Positions 25,738-38,832 of a stretch of DNA of 64,000 bases are shown piece by piece; within the stretch, counting starts at the first letter, position 1; the number at the start of each line of letters is the position of its first letter. A model generated the notes under the pieces. That model did not search any database, was not told the DNA's origin, and saw nothing but the letters and a program-made list of their open reading frames with translations. The DNA is from Eremomyces bilateralis CBS 781.70 (lineage: Eukaryota): assembly GCA_010015585.1 (NCBI GenBank), contig ML975153.1; one strand, given 5' to 3'. A program made the translations under genes and the position numbers.

Positions 25738-26736
25738 ATGGACGTCACCTCGAAATGCCTTTGCGGCTCTTCCTCGTTCACTGTTCGAATCGAGCAGTAT
25801 CCCATCGAGGCACACCTGTGTCACTGTGATACATGTCGCCATGCCCACGGCGAATTCGCAGCCTTTCACGCCCCTTGGCCGGTGCCGCCGCCCGAGTCGC
25901 TGAAGACCATGACGGGGTATCAATCCTCCAGCTCTGTCACGCGATATTTCTGCAGCAAATGCGGAACGCAAATGGGGGATGCCGGCGCACACGGCCACCA
26001 ATGGACGACATCGACCGCCACCGTCGACGAACCGGAGAAGTTGTTCGAATATAAACACCACATCTTCGTGCCGGACACGAAGGATGGCGGCCTTTCGGAT
26101 TTGCTTCCGATGATCAATGGGAGGGAGATGCGGCTATGGAGAGGGGAGAAATATCAAAGCGAGGAGCTACCGAAGAGCTGGAAAGGAGCGCCCCCAGCTC
26201 CGGATCCTAGTGAGAGGCTCGAAGCACGATGCCTTTGCGGAGGAGTCAAGTTTTTCATTACCAGACCGGACGCGGATGTGGGAGCGCCAATTCCTCCACG
26301 AGAAGATCCGGACATCAAGAAGTACGTGTCGCGCAAGGGAAACAAATGGATGGCGTCGAACTGCGTTTGCAAATCATGTAGGCTCGCGTCGGGATGCGAT
26401 ATCAGCAGCTGGTATTTCGTGGCCACTCCCTTCATTACGCTGGAAGACGGAGCTCCGTTCAGAAACGTATTTGGGACCGGTCGGGAGTATTGTAGTTCGG
26501 AAAATGTGGCGAGAGTCTTCTGCAGTCGATGTGGTGCGACGGTCCTCTACCAAAATTTCCAACGACCGAAGATGGTCGATATCTCGGCTGGGATCCTGAG
26601 GTCCAAAGCAGGCGCCCGCGCGGAAGATTGGGCTGATTGGAATTTGGGGATCGACTATTCAAGCGAGGCGATAAATGCTTCTATGAGAGACGCCCTCCAG
26701 CAAGGGCTCAGTTCTTGGGGGCATGAAACCGGCTGA
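25738..26736 (+). CDS. Tandem GFA/CENP-V (Mss4-like) zinc-binding protein
   Basis: Two repeats of CxCG...CxCxxCR...RxFCxxCG (CLCG/CHCDTCR/RYFCSKCG and CLCG/CVCKSCR/RVFCSRCG); single exon. Confidence 0.9.
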   Translation: MDVTSKCLCGSSSFTVRIEQYPIEAHLCHCDTCRHAHGEFAAFHAPWPVPPPESLKTMTGYQSSSSVTRYFCSKCGTQMGDAGAHGHQWTTSTATVDEPEKLFEYKHHIFVPDTKDGGLSDLLPMINGREMRLWRGEKYQSEELPKSWKGAPPAPDPSERLEARCLCGGVKFFITRPDADVGAPIPPREDPDIKKYVSRKGNKWMASNCVCKSCRLASGCDISSWYFVATPFITLEDGAPFRNVFGTGREYCSSENVARVFCSRCGATVLYQNFQRPKMVDISAGILRSKAGARAEDWADWNLGIDYSSEAINASMRDALQQGLSSWGHETG

Positions 26737-27231
26737 ACGCCAATACCAAGGACAGTTCTGCAGCTTCAGGTTGCTTGATGCTTCTCGTCTGTTCATTGAG
26801 AGAGTGATCATATACACACGTCACATGATCCACGAACAGGCTCACTACACAGCGTGCAATACACGTCTTAGGCGGTCTTGATCTCGAAACTCAATTCCAC
26901 TTTCCAAATTACCGGCATATGAGCGCCTAGGGAGCTGAACCGTAATACTGGTAAATATCAATCCAATCTTCCTTGCTGTGCAGAAGTCTCCACCAGTTGG
27001 GAGTTGAGACCCTTGCTGCTCCAAAGTCTGAAGCGTTTCCCACTGGACGTCATCCATCACCAACGCTACCACGCGAAAAGATCCATCTACAATTTCCCCG
27101 GTTCTCACCACCAATTTCCTCCGATAATCCATGGCGAGGTGCTTGCTAGCATGAAGATACCTGCTCCGTAGTTCTCGACTTTCCTGTGAATCGATCCCAC
27201 GGCTCGAACGTACGGCCGTTCCACTCCGAAG

Positions 27232-27980
27232 ATGCCGTCCATGCTGCTCGTCATCGCCGCTATCCATTTGATCATTCATCTGGTTAATACCTTTGGCACT
27301 TCAGGGGTCGATGAGCTGGTAAGCGCCTCTGCTTGACTGAAGCGGTCCTGGTGCTTTTGCTGACACAATACAGCTATGGATCTTGTACAACAAGCTCCCG
27401 ACTCCGACATCAAAATCCGCCCAGGAACAACTTCGACTGCGGCGGGAAGTTCTACGACTGAAACGACAGATGCATGCCACGAGTGCGCAAGACGACTTTG
27501 CGAAATGGGCCAAGATTCGGAGGCAGCATGATAAGGTCCTGTCCGACTACGAGAAGATATGTACGTGATGGCGAGTTCAGCACCCCCACCGGCTGCCGAC
27601 GCTAATGAATCACAACAGCATCGAACCTGTCCTCGGCGAAACGAACCTTCAGCGGAACACTCTCCACCGGTCGTCTTATCGCAACGAATGGCACAAAACT
27701 CGGGATTCAGTGGTGGTATGCGAAGCTGCCGATGTTCTGGATGCCGACCGGATGGGTTCCTTACTACGCGGAATGGATGCTCTCGTTCCCTCGAGCCCCA
27801 TTAGGGAGCGTGAGCATCTACATATGGGGACTCGCGTGCGCCAGCGTAATCAGTCTCGTTAGCGAAGCCATCGTCGCATTGTATGCTCTTGCATTTGGTC
27901 AGGCAGTGGATCCGAGCAAGCTGAAGGCACAGAGTGAGGCCACGGAGGCTCCTCAGGAAGACAGAAGAAAAGAGCTATAA
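27232..27980 (+). CDS. GET1: GET pathway insertase subunit Get1 (WRB/CHD5 family)
   Basis: N-terminal TM helix, [18 protein letters not shown] coiled coil, [30 protein letters not shown]; 2 introns. Confidence 0.95.
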
Positions 27981-28357
27981 TTTGTCTCTTGCATATCAAG
28001 CGCAGTATCCTTTCGCATATAATGAATCCAGCGGTGGAGAACCTTGCGCATATGAATGCGATATAGATATGTAGGAAGTATGTTTCTCAGCATCTGACGC
28101 GATGTCTTCAACGCCTTAGCTCAGACTCTGCAATGCGCATGAGATGGACCTTTGAAGGTCCAATGATTTACTTTTGGCGGTCTTTTTGAACCCGGCATTC
28201 ATTTAAATAGTGTGAATCACCGGGTCTTCGAAGCGCCGTTCTTGGTGTGATGTTCAAACAATGGGGGGGGGCCGGGAAACGTATGTGGACCGATAAGACG
28301 GTGACATTCGCTATTCTAACAGCATATCCTACATTGGTCAAACATTGAATGATGTAC

Positions 28358-29002
28358 TTATGGGGATCTTGGTTGTGGCTCCCCTAGGTCGGCGTTTTGG
28401 AAGGGATCTGGTTGATCTGGGTGAAGGAAATCCACTATTCGCCCATCATCTAGCTTCAAGCTCCATTCCAGCGTCTCGAACTAAAGGATGACAATGTTAG
28501 CAGCCAGATATACACAGGGGATATACACAGGGTCGAGATGACATACGTAACCCATCCTGGTTTTCCTCTCGCTTCGAAACCTCATCCACCCTCGTCCTTT
28601 GGTGCCCTTAACTGAAAATTGAATGTCTATACGCCCATGAAGCTGGTCAATGGATCCCCATATCCACGGGATCTTGCTGGCATAGAATATCTCATCGCCA
28701 AGGATCTCGCGAGCTTCGTCATTAACCCGCAGAGCATAGAGGGTACTTGACACCGTGCTCGACGAAAGCTTTTGATAATTGAAAATCGCCAACGTCGAGG
28801 CTCCGACGGCCAAGGCGAAAAGGGGGAGTGTTCGCAGAAAGCGGCGCGAGGGGGATACGTCTGGCAAGGCCCGATCGGACCGCCTACTCATCAGCGGCCC
28901 CGAGTTGGGTTTGGGTGCGGCAACCAGTGTTCGACGGCTGGCATTATTGCGGATCAGTCGTGAACAGACTGAGGACACGGGTCGGCCGCTCCTTGAGAGC
29001 AT
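28358..29002 (-). CDS. COA1: Cytochrome c oxidase assembly factor Coa1-like
   Basis: Presequence, TM helix, AIFNYQKLSSSTVSSTLYALR...WIWGSIDQLHGRIDIQFSVKG; last exon FETLEWSL...PRSP*. Confidence 0.85.
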
Positions 29003-29510
29003 TAGAGCAGATCAAGTGGTTGGAAGGATGCTAGGTGATGAAATCCATCCACCGATGCACTTCAAGGACACGCGAGAATGTGCGAATTGGAAGTTTGGAG
29101 TCGTTGGACAGAAACTTAAAGCACCAGCTGCTAGTTCGGATGGAGCGAGGAGAGAATCCAAGAAATTGATGGGGCCCTGGTTACACGTGACTTCCCGATT
29201 TCAGTTTCCTTGCTGCCTGACTGATGCCTGATTTTCGCTATCAGTAATATCAATCGCAATTCGTAGGTTGCACTTCCTGTCACTTCTCCACTTCACATCT
29301 GGATCGTTCAATTGCATGCTCCCACATCTGAACATCATACACGGTTGTCGCAACGCGATTAAACGCGTCAATCGCTCATTCTCCCCTTATGGAAATCGAC
29401 CCCGGTGGATGATGGGCCGAGCTATTGACCATCGTTGAATACTCGGCGCGTCGATGCTGATTACAGCCAAACCCCCAACCGATCCTCTTCACTCTTCATG
29501 AACCGCCCCG

Positions 29511-32500
29511 ATGCCGGCGAATCGCCCCCGTGCGGCTTTTGAGCCCATTCCCCCGGCATTCGACCTCCATCGCCTCGTGGAAGAGACCCCAAACTTCCAA
29601 TGGGTCGACCGGATTTCATTCGATAGGGTGCAGGAGCAACCCGCAGAGGTATTCGACAAGCTCATCCTGCTCCATGTGATTCAAGGCGGGAAACCTCTGG
29701 TTATAGAGGGATTGAACGAGTCCCTGGATGCATGGACGTTTACGGAGCAGTGGCTACGGTCGAATCACGGAGATAAAGGTGTGTGCTGAATAGACAGTAT
29801 TCTCGAGGATCATGGCTCATGTCTACCAGTCGAAAATGCGCGAAACATCACGTTGAAGGATAATATCCCGCTCACGATAGGCCATTACCTGAAGCACATG
29901 GGAATTCTGACGGAACAGTTCTTCGAAAGCGCAAACAATTACCGCGACAAAAACCGTCAACGAATATATTTAAAAGACATCGACTGTCCACCCGTATGGG
30001 CCGATAAGCTGAAGGACGTGATACCTCATAGGCTCTTCTACCTAAATGAGAGCACGGGCGATGTCGGCGGAGCCGGCGCGATAGACGAATTCTCCTCTAT
30101 CGGCGTCCGCAAAGGGAGAGGAATTGCCACCGCCGGAGACCTGATGAGTAGTCTCCCACCGGAGATGAGGGCCGAAAATCTTATGTGCTACATTGGACAT
30201 GAGGGGACCTACACGCCTGCCCATCGCGAGATGTGCGCTTCGCTCGGCCAGAATATCATGGTGGAGGCGTCAGGCAAAGTTGGCGACAATGGGAAAGCGG
30301 AAAGACCTGGGAGCTCCATCTGGTTTATGACCGAGACCAAAGACCGTCACACCGTCCAGGAATATTGGCTGTCGGTTCTTGGGCACGACATCGAGGTGGA
30401 AACCCACTTCGCGCAGATGATGGCCTGGAAAAAGGCCCCCTTTCAGACCTACGTGGTCGAACAAAAGCCCGGCGACTTCATTCTCATCCCTCCGCTCGCG
30501 CCGCACCAAGTCTGGAATCGAGGGACGCGCACAATGAAGGTTGCCTGGAATCGGACCACGGTGGAAACGCTCGAATTGGCCTTCAATGAAGCCTTGGTGA
30601 ATTCCAGGATGGTTTGCCGCGACGAGCAGTACAAGAACAAGGCGATTGTGTACTTTACCCTGCTGAAATATTCGCAACTCCTCCGGCGCGTGAAGACACA
30701 GATTGAACGGAATGATGCGGACGCCGAGAACCTTTTTCGTTCGAAGAAGGTCAGGCAAGTCAAGAAAGACTTTGTCAAACTGTTCAAACTCTTCAAAAGC
30801 ATCGTGATATCGGAAATGTTCTCCCCTAATCGACCGACGGAGAAACCTGAATATATCCAATTTGATGGCAATGTCACATGCAGCTATTGCCGTGGAGACG
30901 TCTTCAACCGCTTCTTGACTTGCAAGACCTGTATGGATGTTGGCACTGGTGTTGATGAACCCTACGACATATGCATGGAATGCTACGTCATGGGCCGCAG
31001 CTGTAAATGCCAGTCTGGCTACCAATGGGTCGAGCAATGGAAATGGAAAGAGCTGACACATCGCTACGAAGAGTGGCGCCGGCAAATCATTGAATTTGAG
31101 GGTGGTGTTACTAGAAATACGCCACAGAGTTTGGAAGAGGAGCGAGAGTTGTATCACCCGCGAAATTTGGCGGAATTATGCCAGGAACAACTGGAACTAC
31201 GCCCGTGGGTGGACGTCAACAGTCAAGAACCGGAGCGGGTTCTGGAGGAATTGTCGGACGAGGAGATACCGTTTGGAGGCGATGGTCGCGTCAAGAAGCG
31301 AGTGAACCGAAAGCCGAACCCTGGAGATTACGATGTGCGATGCCACGTCTGCCTTCGCTTCCATCCGCGCTGGATGGTCCAGATTTGCACTGGCTGTGAA
31401 CGTCCGTGGTGCTACGGGACCCTCTGGCGGGCCCACGATAAGATGCCACAAGAAGTGATGGAAGACAAGTTTTGGGAGTGTCCACATTGCAAAAAAGAAT
31501 GCAATGCGGGAGCTTGCCGTAAGGACCCACGACAAACGCCCTATGAGCCAAAGGGAACGCTACTCGGTCATGACACAAAGAAAATTGCCGATATGAGAAG
31601 CGTGGAGGTCTTGGTTGACTTCTCAAAGGCAAATCTTAATTGGTTAGGCGAGAAGCCGGCTGGGACGCCGGGCAATAACATTCGACTCGAGCGGAGACGA
31701 GAAGAGGCCGAAAGAGCTAAACGGGACGATCCGTTGCAGGACGACGATGATCATGATTTGGCCGATGGCACACCTCAAATCTCCTTTGAACCCGACGGAG
31801 ACACACTGATCGATCCTCGCCTTGAAGGGACCGCGGCAATATCAGGGGAAAACAACGGGCTGGTAGACTCATCGCTTTTAGCCAATGACTCCTATCCTCC
31901 TATTTCAGACGTAATTCCTGACGATGCCTTCGACTATCCGTTCCATTCCGATTATGTCGACCATTCGCATTTGATGAATCAAAACGATCAGCCAGGTGAA
32001 GGAAATGGGAATAGCGATTCCTCCCTCTTCCCAGACCTTCTAAATCCGAAAAGCAAGAAGCGGAGCCGGTTCAGTGAAGCTAATGGCGGACTCCAGAAGA
32101 AGCGAAAAGCCGACGAAGCTGGATCGAATGGCGCCCCAAAGAAGATTGCATCGAAGCAATATCAGCAAGAACAGGAGAAGAAGCGCCTTGATAAGGCTAA
32201 GAAAGATGGCCGTTATATTCAGACGCTTGCGGCGATGCGCGGCAAGAGAAAATTAATCAAATTGAACCTGCAGCCGGATAATTTCAGAACCAAGCTGCTG
32301 GAGATTCAAGCGGCAAAACGGAAAGGCGCGCCCAATAATTCCCAACCTTCGACGAAACCCCGGAAGACCACCACGCTTCTTCAGTCCGACATTACCCAAG
32401 CGAATGAGCTACAATTGGGCACCCCGTTCGATATGCGGCCCAAGAAACCGGCGAACATTTTCAAAGCTCGCGTGGAGGAGGACGCTGAGTATCGATCTAG

Positions 32501-33305
32501 AGCTCGACCAAAGAAAAACAAGTTGGATGCAGTACCGTCTGCGTCAAGACCAAGGACGAGGGTTCAACAGTTCGAGGACATCGAAGTCGACTCCGACGAG
32601 GAAATGACTGAGGTGCTTCCGAAGAAAGACCGCCGCCGTGAGCGCCGAGGGTCAGGTGACAACGATATCCCGGACGAGCTTCCGGACAACTGGAAGGACG
32701 GGATGGCCAACCCACGTCGTAATAAGACCTCCACGAACGGAGGCGATCGTCGTCCCACGATGGCCCAGAAAGCGCTGAGGATCCGACCCTCTGGCACTGG
32801 TGCGAGCGCCGATAACATAAACGTGGACGGTACAGCGAGCGATACTGACTCGGTCCTGGACAGCCCAGACCGTAAACGTGGCAACGAGAGCCACCGAGCT
32901 ACGGCGAAGTCAACCGGCGACCCGTCGGGCACGGCGAATTCCATCGCGCAGTCGGCCGCGAAGATGCTGGGGGAAGAGAATCGACGTGTCAAGCTGCTTG
33001 CCGCGCGTTGGGCCGAAGGGGAAGATGTGACCATGAACGACAGTCCCGACGCCGCAAGCGTGGGCGCTCCTGGTCCGACGATGAAAAAGACGCGAAAGTC
33101 GGGGAGACCACGGGCGGGCCCGGCGAGTAAAGTCAAGCAGAGCGTGCCGGCCAAAGGGCGGACTGTCACAGAGACTACGATTGAAATCTCGAGCGGCGAG
33201 AGTAGCGATGATAGCAGCGAGAATGAGATCCCGTCGGGACTGGCGACGCCGAATGGCCGGGTGGCATCTTCAAAGGTTGTCGATGTATGGGTTAAGCGGC
33301 TCTGA
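29511..33305 (+). CDS. JmjC-domain chromatin protein with Cys-rich zinc fingers (zf-4CXXC_R1-like) and AT-hook-like motif; probable Neurospora DMM-1 orthologue
   Basis: JmjC with GTYTPAHRE...QKPGDFILIPPLAPHQVWN; CSYC..CKTC..CMEC..CKC finger; CHVC..CTGC..WCYGTLW..WECPHCKKECNAGAC; SGRPR near the C-terminus; intron 29779-29829. Confidence 0.8.
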
Positions 33306-33596
33306 GGTTCCTGCCAGAGACGCACGGGTGAAGCGTTGGATTGAGATGGGCAGGGAGGTTGTGATGGATCCAACACTGAAGATGCAAGACATGCGTGGAG
33401 TCCTTGCTGGCATCGGGTCTTGGGTTCATTCTGCATGTACTCTCGCATGGAGAACCAGAACTAAACGGTCACACACAGTCAACAAGGTTAATGGACAGGT
33501 ATATGCACCATTTCCATAGTTCATTGAATAGGACTGAGACCGGTAACCCCCCTCCCAGGTTGTTGTATGAGCAGAGCATGGAGATTCCCGGTGACG

Positions 33597-34359
33597 TTAA
33601 CTCGCCCATCCCGCTGCCCAACCTGCCATTTCATCTGTAGTGATTTCTCTGGTTCTCATCGAAATCGACGATCCGAATTCCCCTCGCTCCAACAAATAGC
33701 ATGCCAGTATATGCTTGCACACCGGTACGGACCCCGTCTCGTCCGCAAGCCGACTATCCAGACTACACCCGCCGTACGACGGAGCGCCAACCTCTCCCGC
33801 ATCGACGCTATGCACGTGCTGGTTTTGCTCGAAGCCCACTACGTCGACGTCCGGAGGGAACGCGGCAAAGACGAACGCTGGACAGGAGCAGTTCCAGGAG
33901 GCGAGACTGACTTCGTAGACCAGTTCCGCGGTTGGTTGTTGCAGCTCCTGAATCGGGGATTCTGAGATTCCCGCCGCCATAGGGGTGGTGCGAGCGGAAG
34001 CGTCCGACGGTTCCGCTTGGGCGGACTGGACGAGATACGTAGCGGCCGACTGCCACGGTTCTAGATTGAACGTCAGCCATGATGCAGATAGAGGGATACC
34101 AAATCCACTTCCACGTACCTCGGGAGCCAACGCGTGAATCTGGTCGTTGTTTGCAGACGACCTTCGTGATGAGTTTCCGATCCATCAAATCCAGCGCGGC
34201 GAGAAGCTCGGAAGGGAAGATGGAATGGAGGGTCAGGAAGGCATCTCGTTGATCCTGTTGATGGAGATCCAGCGGATTGTCCGCATTGCTGGTCCCAAGC
34301 TTAATGGAGGCGCAGAGAGCGGTCACGAAGGCGCGTTTGGAGGGGAGGTCGGACGGCAT
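33597..34359 (-). CDS. SWS1: SWIM zinc-finger protein of the Shu complex (Sws1/ZSWIM7-like)
   Basis: FLTLHSIFPSELLAALDLMDRKLI...YEVSLASWNCSCPAF...PVCKHILAC (CxCxnCxH); one intron joins ORFs 33808-34428 and 33597-34130. Confidence 0.75.
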
Positions 34360-37300
34360 GTTTCCAAAGGTTGTGAATCCATCATCACCGCTAGCGAGAT
34401 TGACTGGCGAGGGAATTGTCTTGACCACGATTAAGGCTTAAGTTGTTGGGCGGCGTGACGGAAGCAAATACAAGAACTTGTTGCAGACGGTGGCAGATGG
34501 ACGGAAGTATTCCGTTCCCAGTATGGGAATTAGGGCCCTGTGGGAAGGACAGTGTTGGATTTGGTTGAGTGAAAGGAAGTACTTCTATCATCTCAATACC
34601 TACGTACTTATGGAGCAGATTTCACACAATTACCAACTCACAAATTCACCAGATACCAGGAGGGATGGATGGAGGTTAGAATAAAGCCGGATTGACTTGC
34701 ATTGAAGCCTGCATTGAAAGCATTGAAGCCGTCAAGGATGAAGGGCGGCGGGAAGCATCGCGAGAATTCGGAAATCGGACCTCCGAACGGGAGACAAGGG
34801 GTATTAAACCCTTCCGAATGATCGGCAACCCCTCCCGACTCCCGTTCCATTGTATCCGAATTGATACGGAGTATTATTACTTGATCGTCAGTAGGAATGC
34901 TCACAGCCTCCATCATGGGGCCAAGAGTGGTACAAACTAAACTATATGCATGTCCATCATCATCCATCTCCAAAGATCGTATGTTTCTTACGCATCGCCA
35001 CCATCCAAGTCCTGGAAAGTGTAATTGCCCCAATCTCCGATGCGTCGAAGTCGTCGCACCATAACACCACCATCCACACCTGACGGCTAGGACCTGTCGC
35101 AAGCAAGCCACTCTGCAGCCATCAGCGATCGGGTCGCAACGAGGGCTCCCGTCATGCGTTGCTCCTGCGCTAGGTTCTTCATCAACCCGCGACCACCCCA
35201 TCCTTGTGACTGATTCCCGGGAGACCATCCGGGATGTGTCGATCAGAAGAACAAGAAAGGTGCAGGGCGTGACCATTTCTCCTCATATTCACCCCACCCT
35301 TCCAGATTCAAGGTAACAAACAGGAACGTGACCCCCGGGGAGGGGGGGTGATGATGAAGCGGAGGGTGGTAACCAGGGTGTCCTCGTGTACATAGTAAAG
35401 GTACTTTGGACTGATTGCAGGCAGGCAAACGATTGCTGGAGGATGCTCACATCCTGCACGATGTCACGTTGTTTGCGATTCTGTGGATGGGGACAGTTAA
35501 TGAATGGATTGAATTGAGGAAGGCTGATCATTAAGATCTCAACTTCCAGGGGCGAGTCAATCCCTCAGTGGAAAGCGCATGAAATGCCGCATCAATTGAT
35601 GAATGGCTTGGCTCAATGCCTAATCCTCGAATGACATTCCTTCCATTGGCGATTCCATGCTTCTGTCCAACAAGGGCGTATAAAGGGAACTAACTCTTCA
35701 ACCTTCGCTGTTGTCTAGGAGGTGAGGGTCTAGAGCATTGTCCTGTCAGAGGCAAGACTACTTTGTACCGTACCAGCTGGACACTGGTACTCCATATAGA
35801 AATATGGATGGAGGTACCTCAATTCCGAAGCGGGCACGTTTGTTCTCTCCCGCAATGGTACTAAAATACTGGTGACAATTGCATGTCAGCCTGACTGACC
35901 CAGTCGGCAGACCGGAATAATGGCGAGTTGCAAGGGTTAGCCCAATACCAGTAGGATTTAATTGGTGATTGATGGCTCCATTCCACCCTTTGACTCATCG
36001 CTCCCCCGTATACCGAGGAGGCGGAGGTCGTCGATTCACGATTACTATCGGGGACCAGCAATTGCCCAATCACTCCACCCAATCGACTCTAGATCGAGAC
36101 CATGGGTGATGTCGTGGCATGTTCGCAACTCAACAATTGATCAACCATTGATATGATTCCCATCCCATTGCAGGAGCTGAGGCGATGTGGCGCGGTTTGT
36201 TGCGAATTTCATGACTGGGGATCAGATGCGGATAGGATCCACGAAATATTGCAGCGAAAGGCGGCCAACAACTGGGCTCAATTGACCGAGACAGCCTTGG
36301 GACACTGCAGGATGGACATGCTAAACAAAGAGGGAATCCTGAATTCAACCCGATTTGCTTGGTCGCCTCATGGGTCGCCAGGATGCATATCGGGTTGTTT
36401 TCAGAACAATGCTGCCTGGCGATATGCCTCCGACGGTGACACGTGGATTCCTCCGCCTCCCTTTCACGGGTTTCATCATTCTGAAAAGCCCCGTCTACAT
36501 TCATACATAGTGGTTCTAATTGACACCTGGGTTGCTCATTTGCCTCAGGTTTGGGACCGTTCGAATCAATTGAAAGCAAGTGATGGGGGAGCAAGGGGCC
36601 ATGATTGACGTGTACAAGTTGCAAGGAGGGCGAATATTTCTCAATTGCAGTTCTTTCCTCAGTTCATGTGTCGCTGCTAGATTAGGGATGACACTGCATT
36701 AATAATGATAGTGAGAAGGAGGAGGATGAACCATGAACCAAATGAAGTCGGTATGAAGTATGAAGTGTTTTGCCCTGTCCGATACTCCGATGGTCGAAAT
36801 CGGGGTAGTGGGCCTCCCGTCCGTTGCCCACCTGGCCACCCCCGCCACCAGTCCGTGATCCACATGAACGACCAGAAATACGGCAGGATTGATACAGTAT
36901 CCAGTAGAATACTCCGTACTAAAATGTATCGTATGAGATCTAGTGGATACCAATTCAGGGTAATCTGACCCCCCTTCACTCAGTGGCGGAGCACGGTGCG
37001 GGCGGGAGCATTCGCTGGGGAGTCGGAACCAGAAGACTCACAACCATCGAGATAATGGTGCCCGATCACAAGCGCGGGCAATTCTTCATGGGAAGAGTCA
37101 TACTAGTGCATAATGTGGAATTGAGTCCTCCACAAAGCCATTGACCAACAATTGATTAAGAATTCGAAAAGGCAGCGTGGCCGTCACTCATGGCGATGGT
37201 GGGCTGGAGAGTGATAGATCACTGATCAGATGCCATCAGATGCCCTCATCCTTGGCTCATACCCCCCTCTCGGTTCTAATACGGAGGTTTGTCATTGATT

Positions 37301-38832
37301 GGAAATCCAAGCGGAATCAGGCTATCCACATCTGACACATGACGCCTGACGAGTGACTCCTTGGTTGATGGTTCATGGCTGTTTCTCCCCGTCTGTTCGC
37401 CAGTGGTGTTTTTTGGTTTTGCCATCCATCACCAATTCACCATCCATGCATCACCTCCATCTTCCCTCCCCTCCTCCCCCAATTCCCCAATGCCGCAGCC
37501 TGATTGACCAATCCTGGCTCCTCTCCATCCGCCTCCCAGACTGCACCTTCACACTGGTCCATTTGATTCTGGCTCCTCCCGAGGGGGAGGCATGGGGACT
37601 GGGGGAGGTGCTGCAGTTAACGGGGGCTATTATTTCTATCAGCTATTTCTGTCGCCCTCCATTATGGATGGCGTTGGTGAGATGCGAGGGACAAGGCCAG
37701 ATGGATGGATCATGCGCAATGCCGTCGGCCTTCCTGCAGGCAACGACTCAGGCGCGTAAGACGATACTTCGCAATTGGATTTGCAATTCGCTTTCAATCC
37801 TCCCTCTCTCGGTGAGTCGGTAGTTTTCCCTCTCTCAGCCCTTTCCCCTTTCAGGAACCTGACCGGCGGCCTTCGTTCGGATTCTTGCGACATCTTTACG
37901 TGGTGCGCGGTCGGCGGTTTATTCGTCCGCTATTAATACCGGTATTTGGGGGATTCCTTCCCTTAACCGACTTACTCACCTACTCATCCATCATCCATTG
38001 TTTCAGTGTTGGGAACTGACTGGGGGATGACCTATGGGTAGGGAGGAGGGAGGAGTCATCTGGACGACTGAACCACATCTACTCCACGCTAAGTCCGGTC
38101 GTATGGTACTATGAGTTATGATACGGTACTCACTTGTCCTCTGCAAGACACACACACATCATCTGCAGTCTGCATCCCCCCAGTCACTCCACAGTCCACG
38201 TCGCCCCCCTCCCAGTGCCCAATTCCATCATCCATCCGCGCCCAAACTCTCCCCCCCAAGTCCAAGTCCCATCTCGTCAGATTCTACCTAATTCTTCGCT
38301 TCGCTGCAGCCTATTCTTGATCCAAAAGGCGGTTTCTAATCGGGCTGGCCCATAAAACTGCTTTTGTTTCCCCCATTTTCCCTTCTTCTTCCTTTTCGGG
38401 GCTTTCCTTGTGTCACCACTTTCGCTCCTCGCCGTGTCGCGTGTGCTTGGTTCCTAGCAACGCCCTTCACCACCACCACATCCTCCGTTTGCACACGAGA
38501 ACATTGTCGATTGTGAGTGTGACTGGTACTCTTCACTCGAAGAATGGTCCAGTCAGTTTTGCTGTCACTGAGAACCGTGGATTTGGACGATTCGGTCCAA
38601 TATAAACTCCGTCGGACCTGCGCCTTAACACCGTTGCCACCCTTGGTCCTCATCGCCGTTGCCTACCAAACCGACTATATCCAACGATAAATACCACCTT
38701 CGACGAGAACCTTCGACGAGAACAGTCACACCTATTCATTCATCAATAGCGACACTGCTTTATTGTCGCTATTCACCATTCAGCCAACGGTACCAAATTC
38801 ACCGCACCGGACTGCAGTCCATCGCCGACACC

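Noticed and set aside
34638..37823. Several 100-212 aa ORFs in the long intergenic region
   Set aside because: Atypical Trp/Cys-rich composition, no motifs, no consistent splice structure and no transposase or RT signatures.
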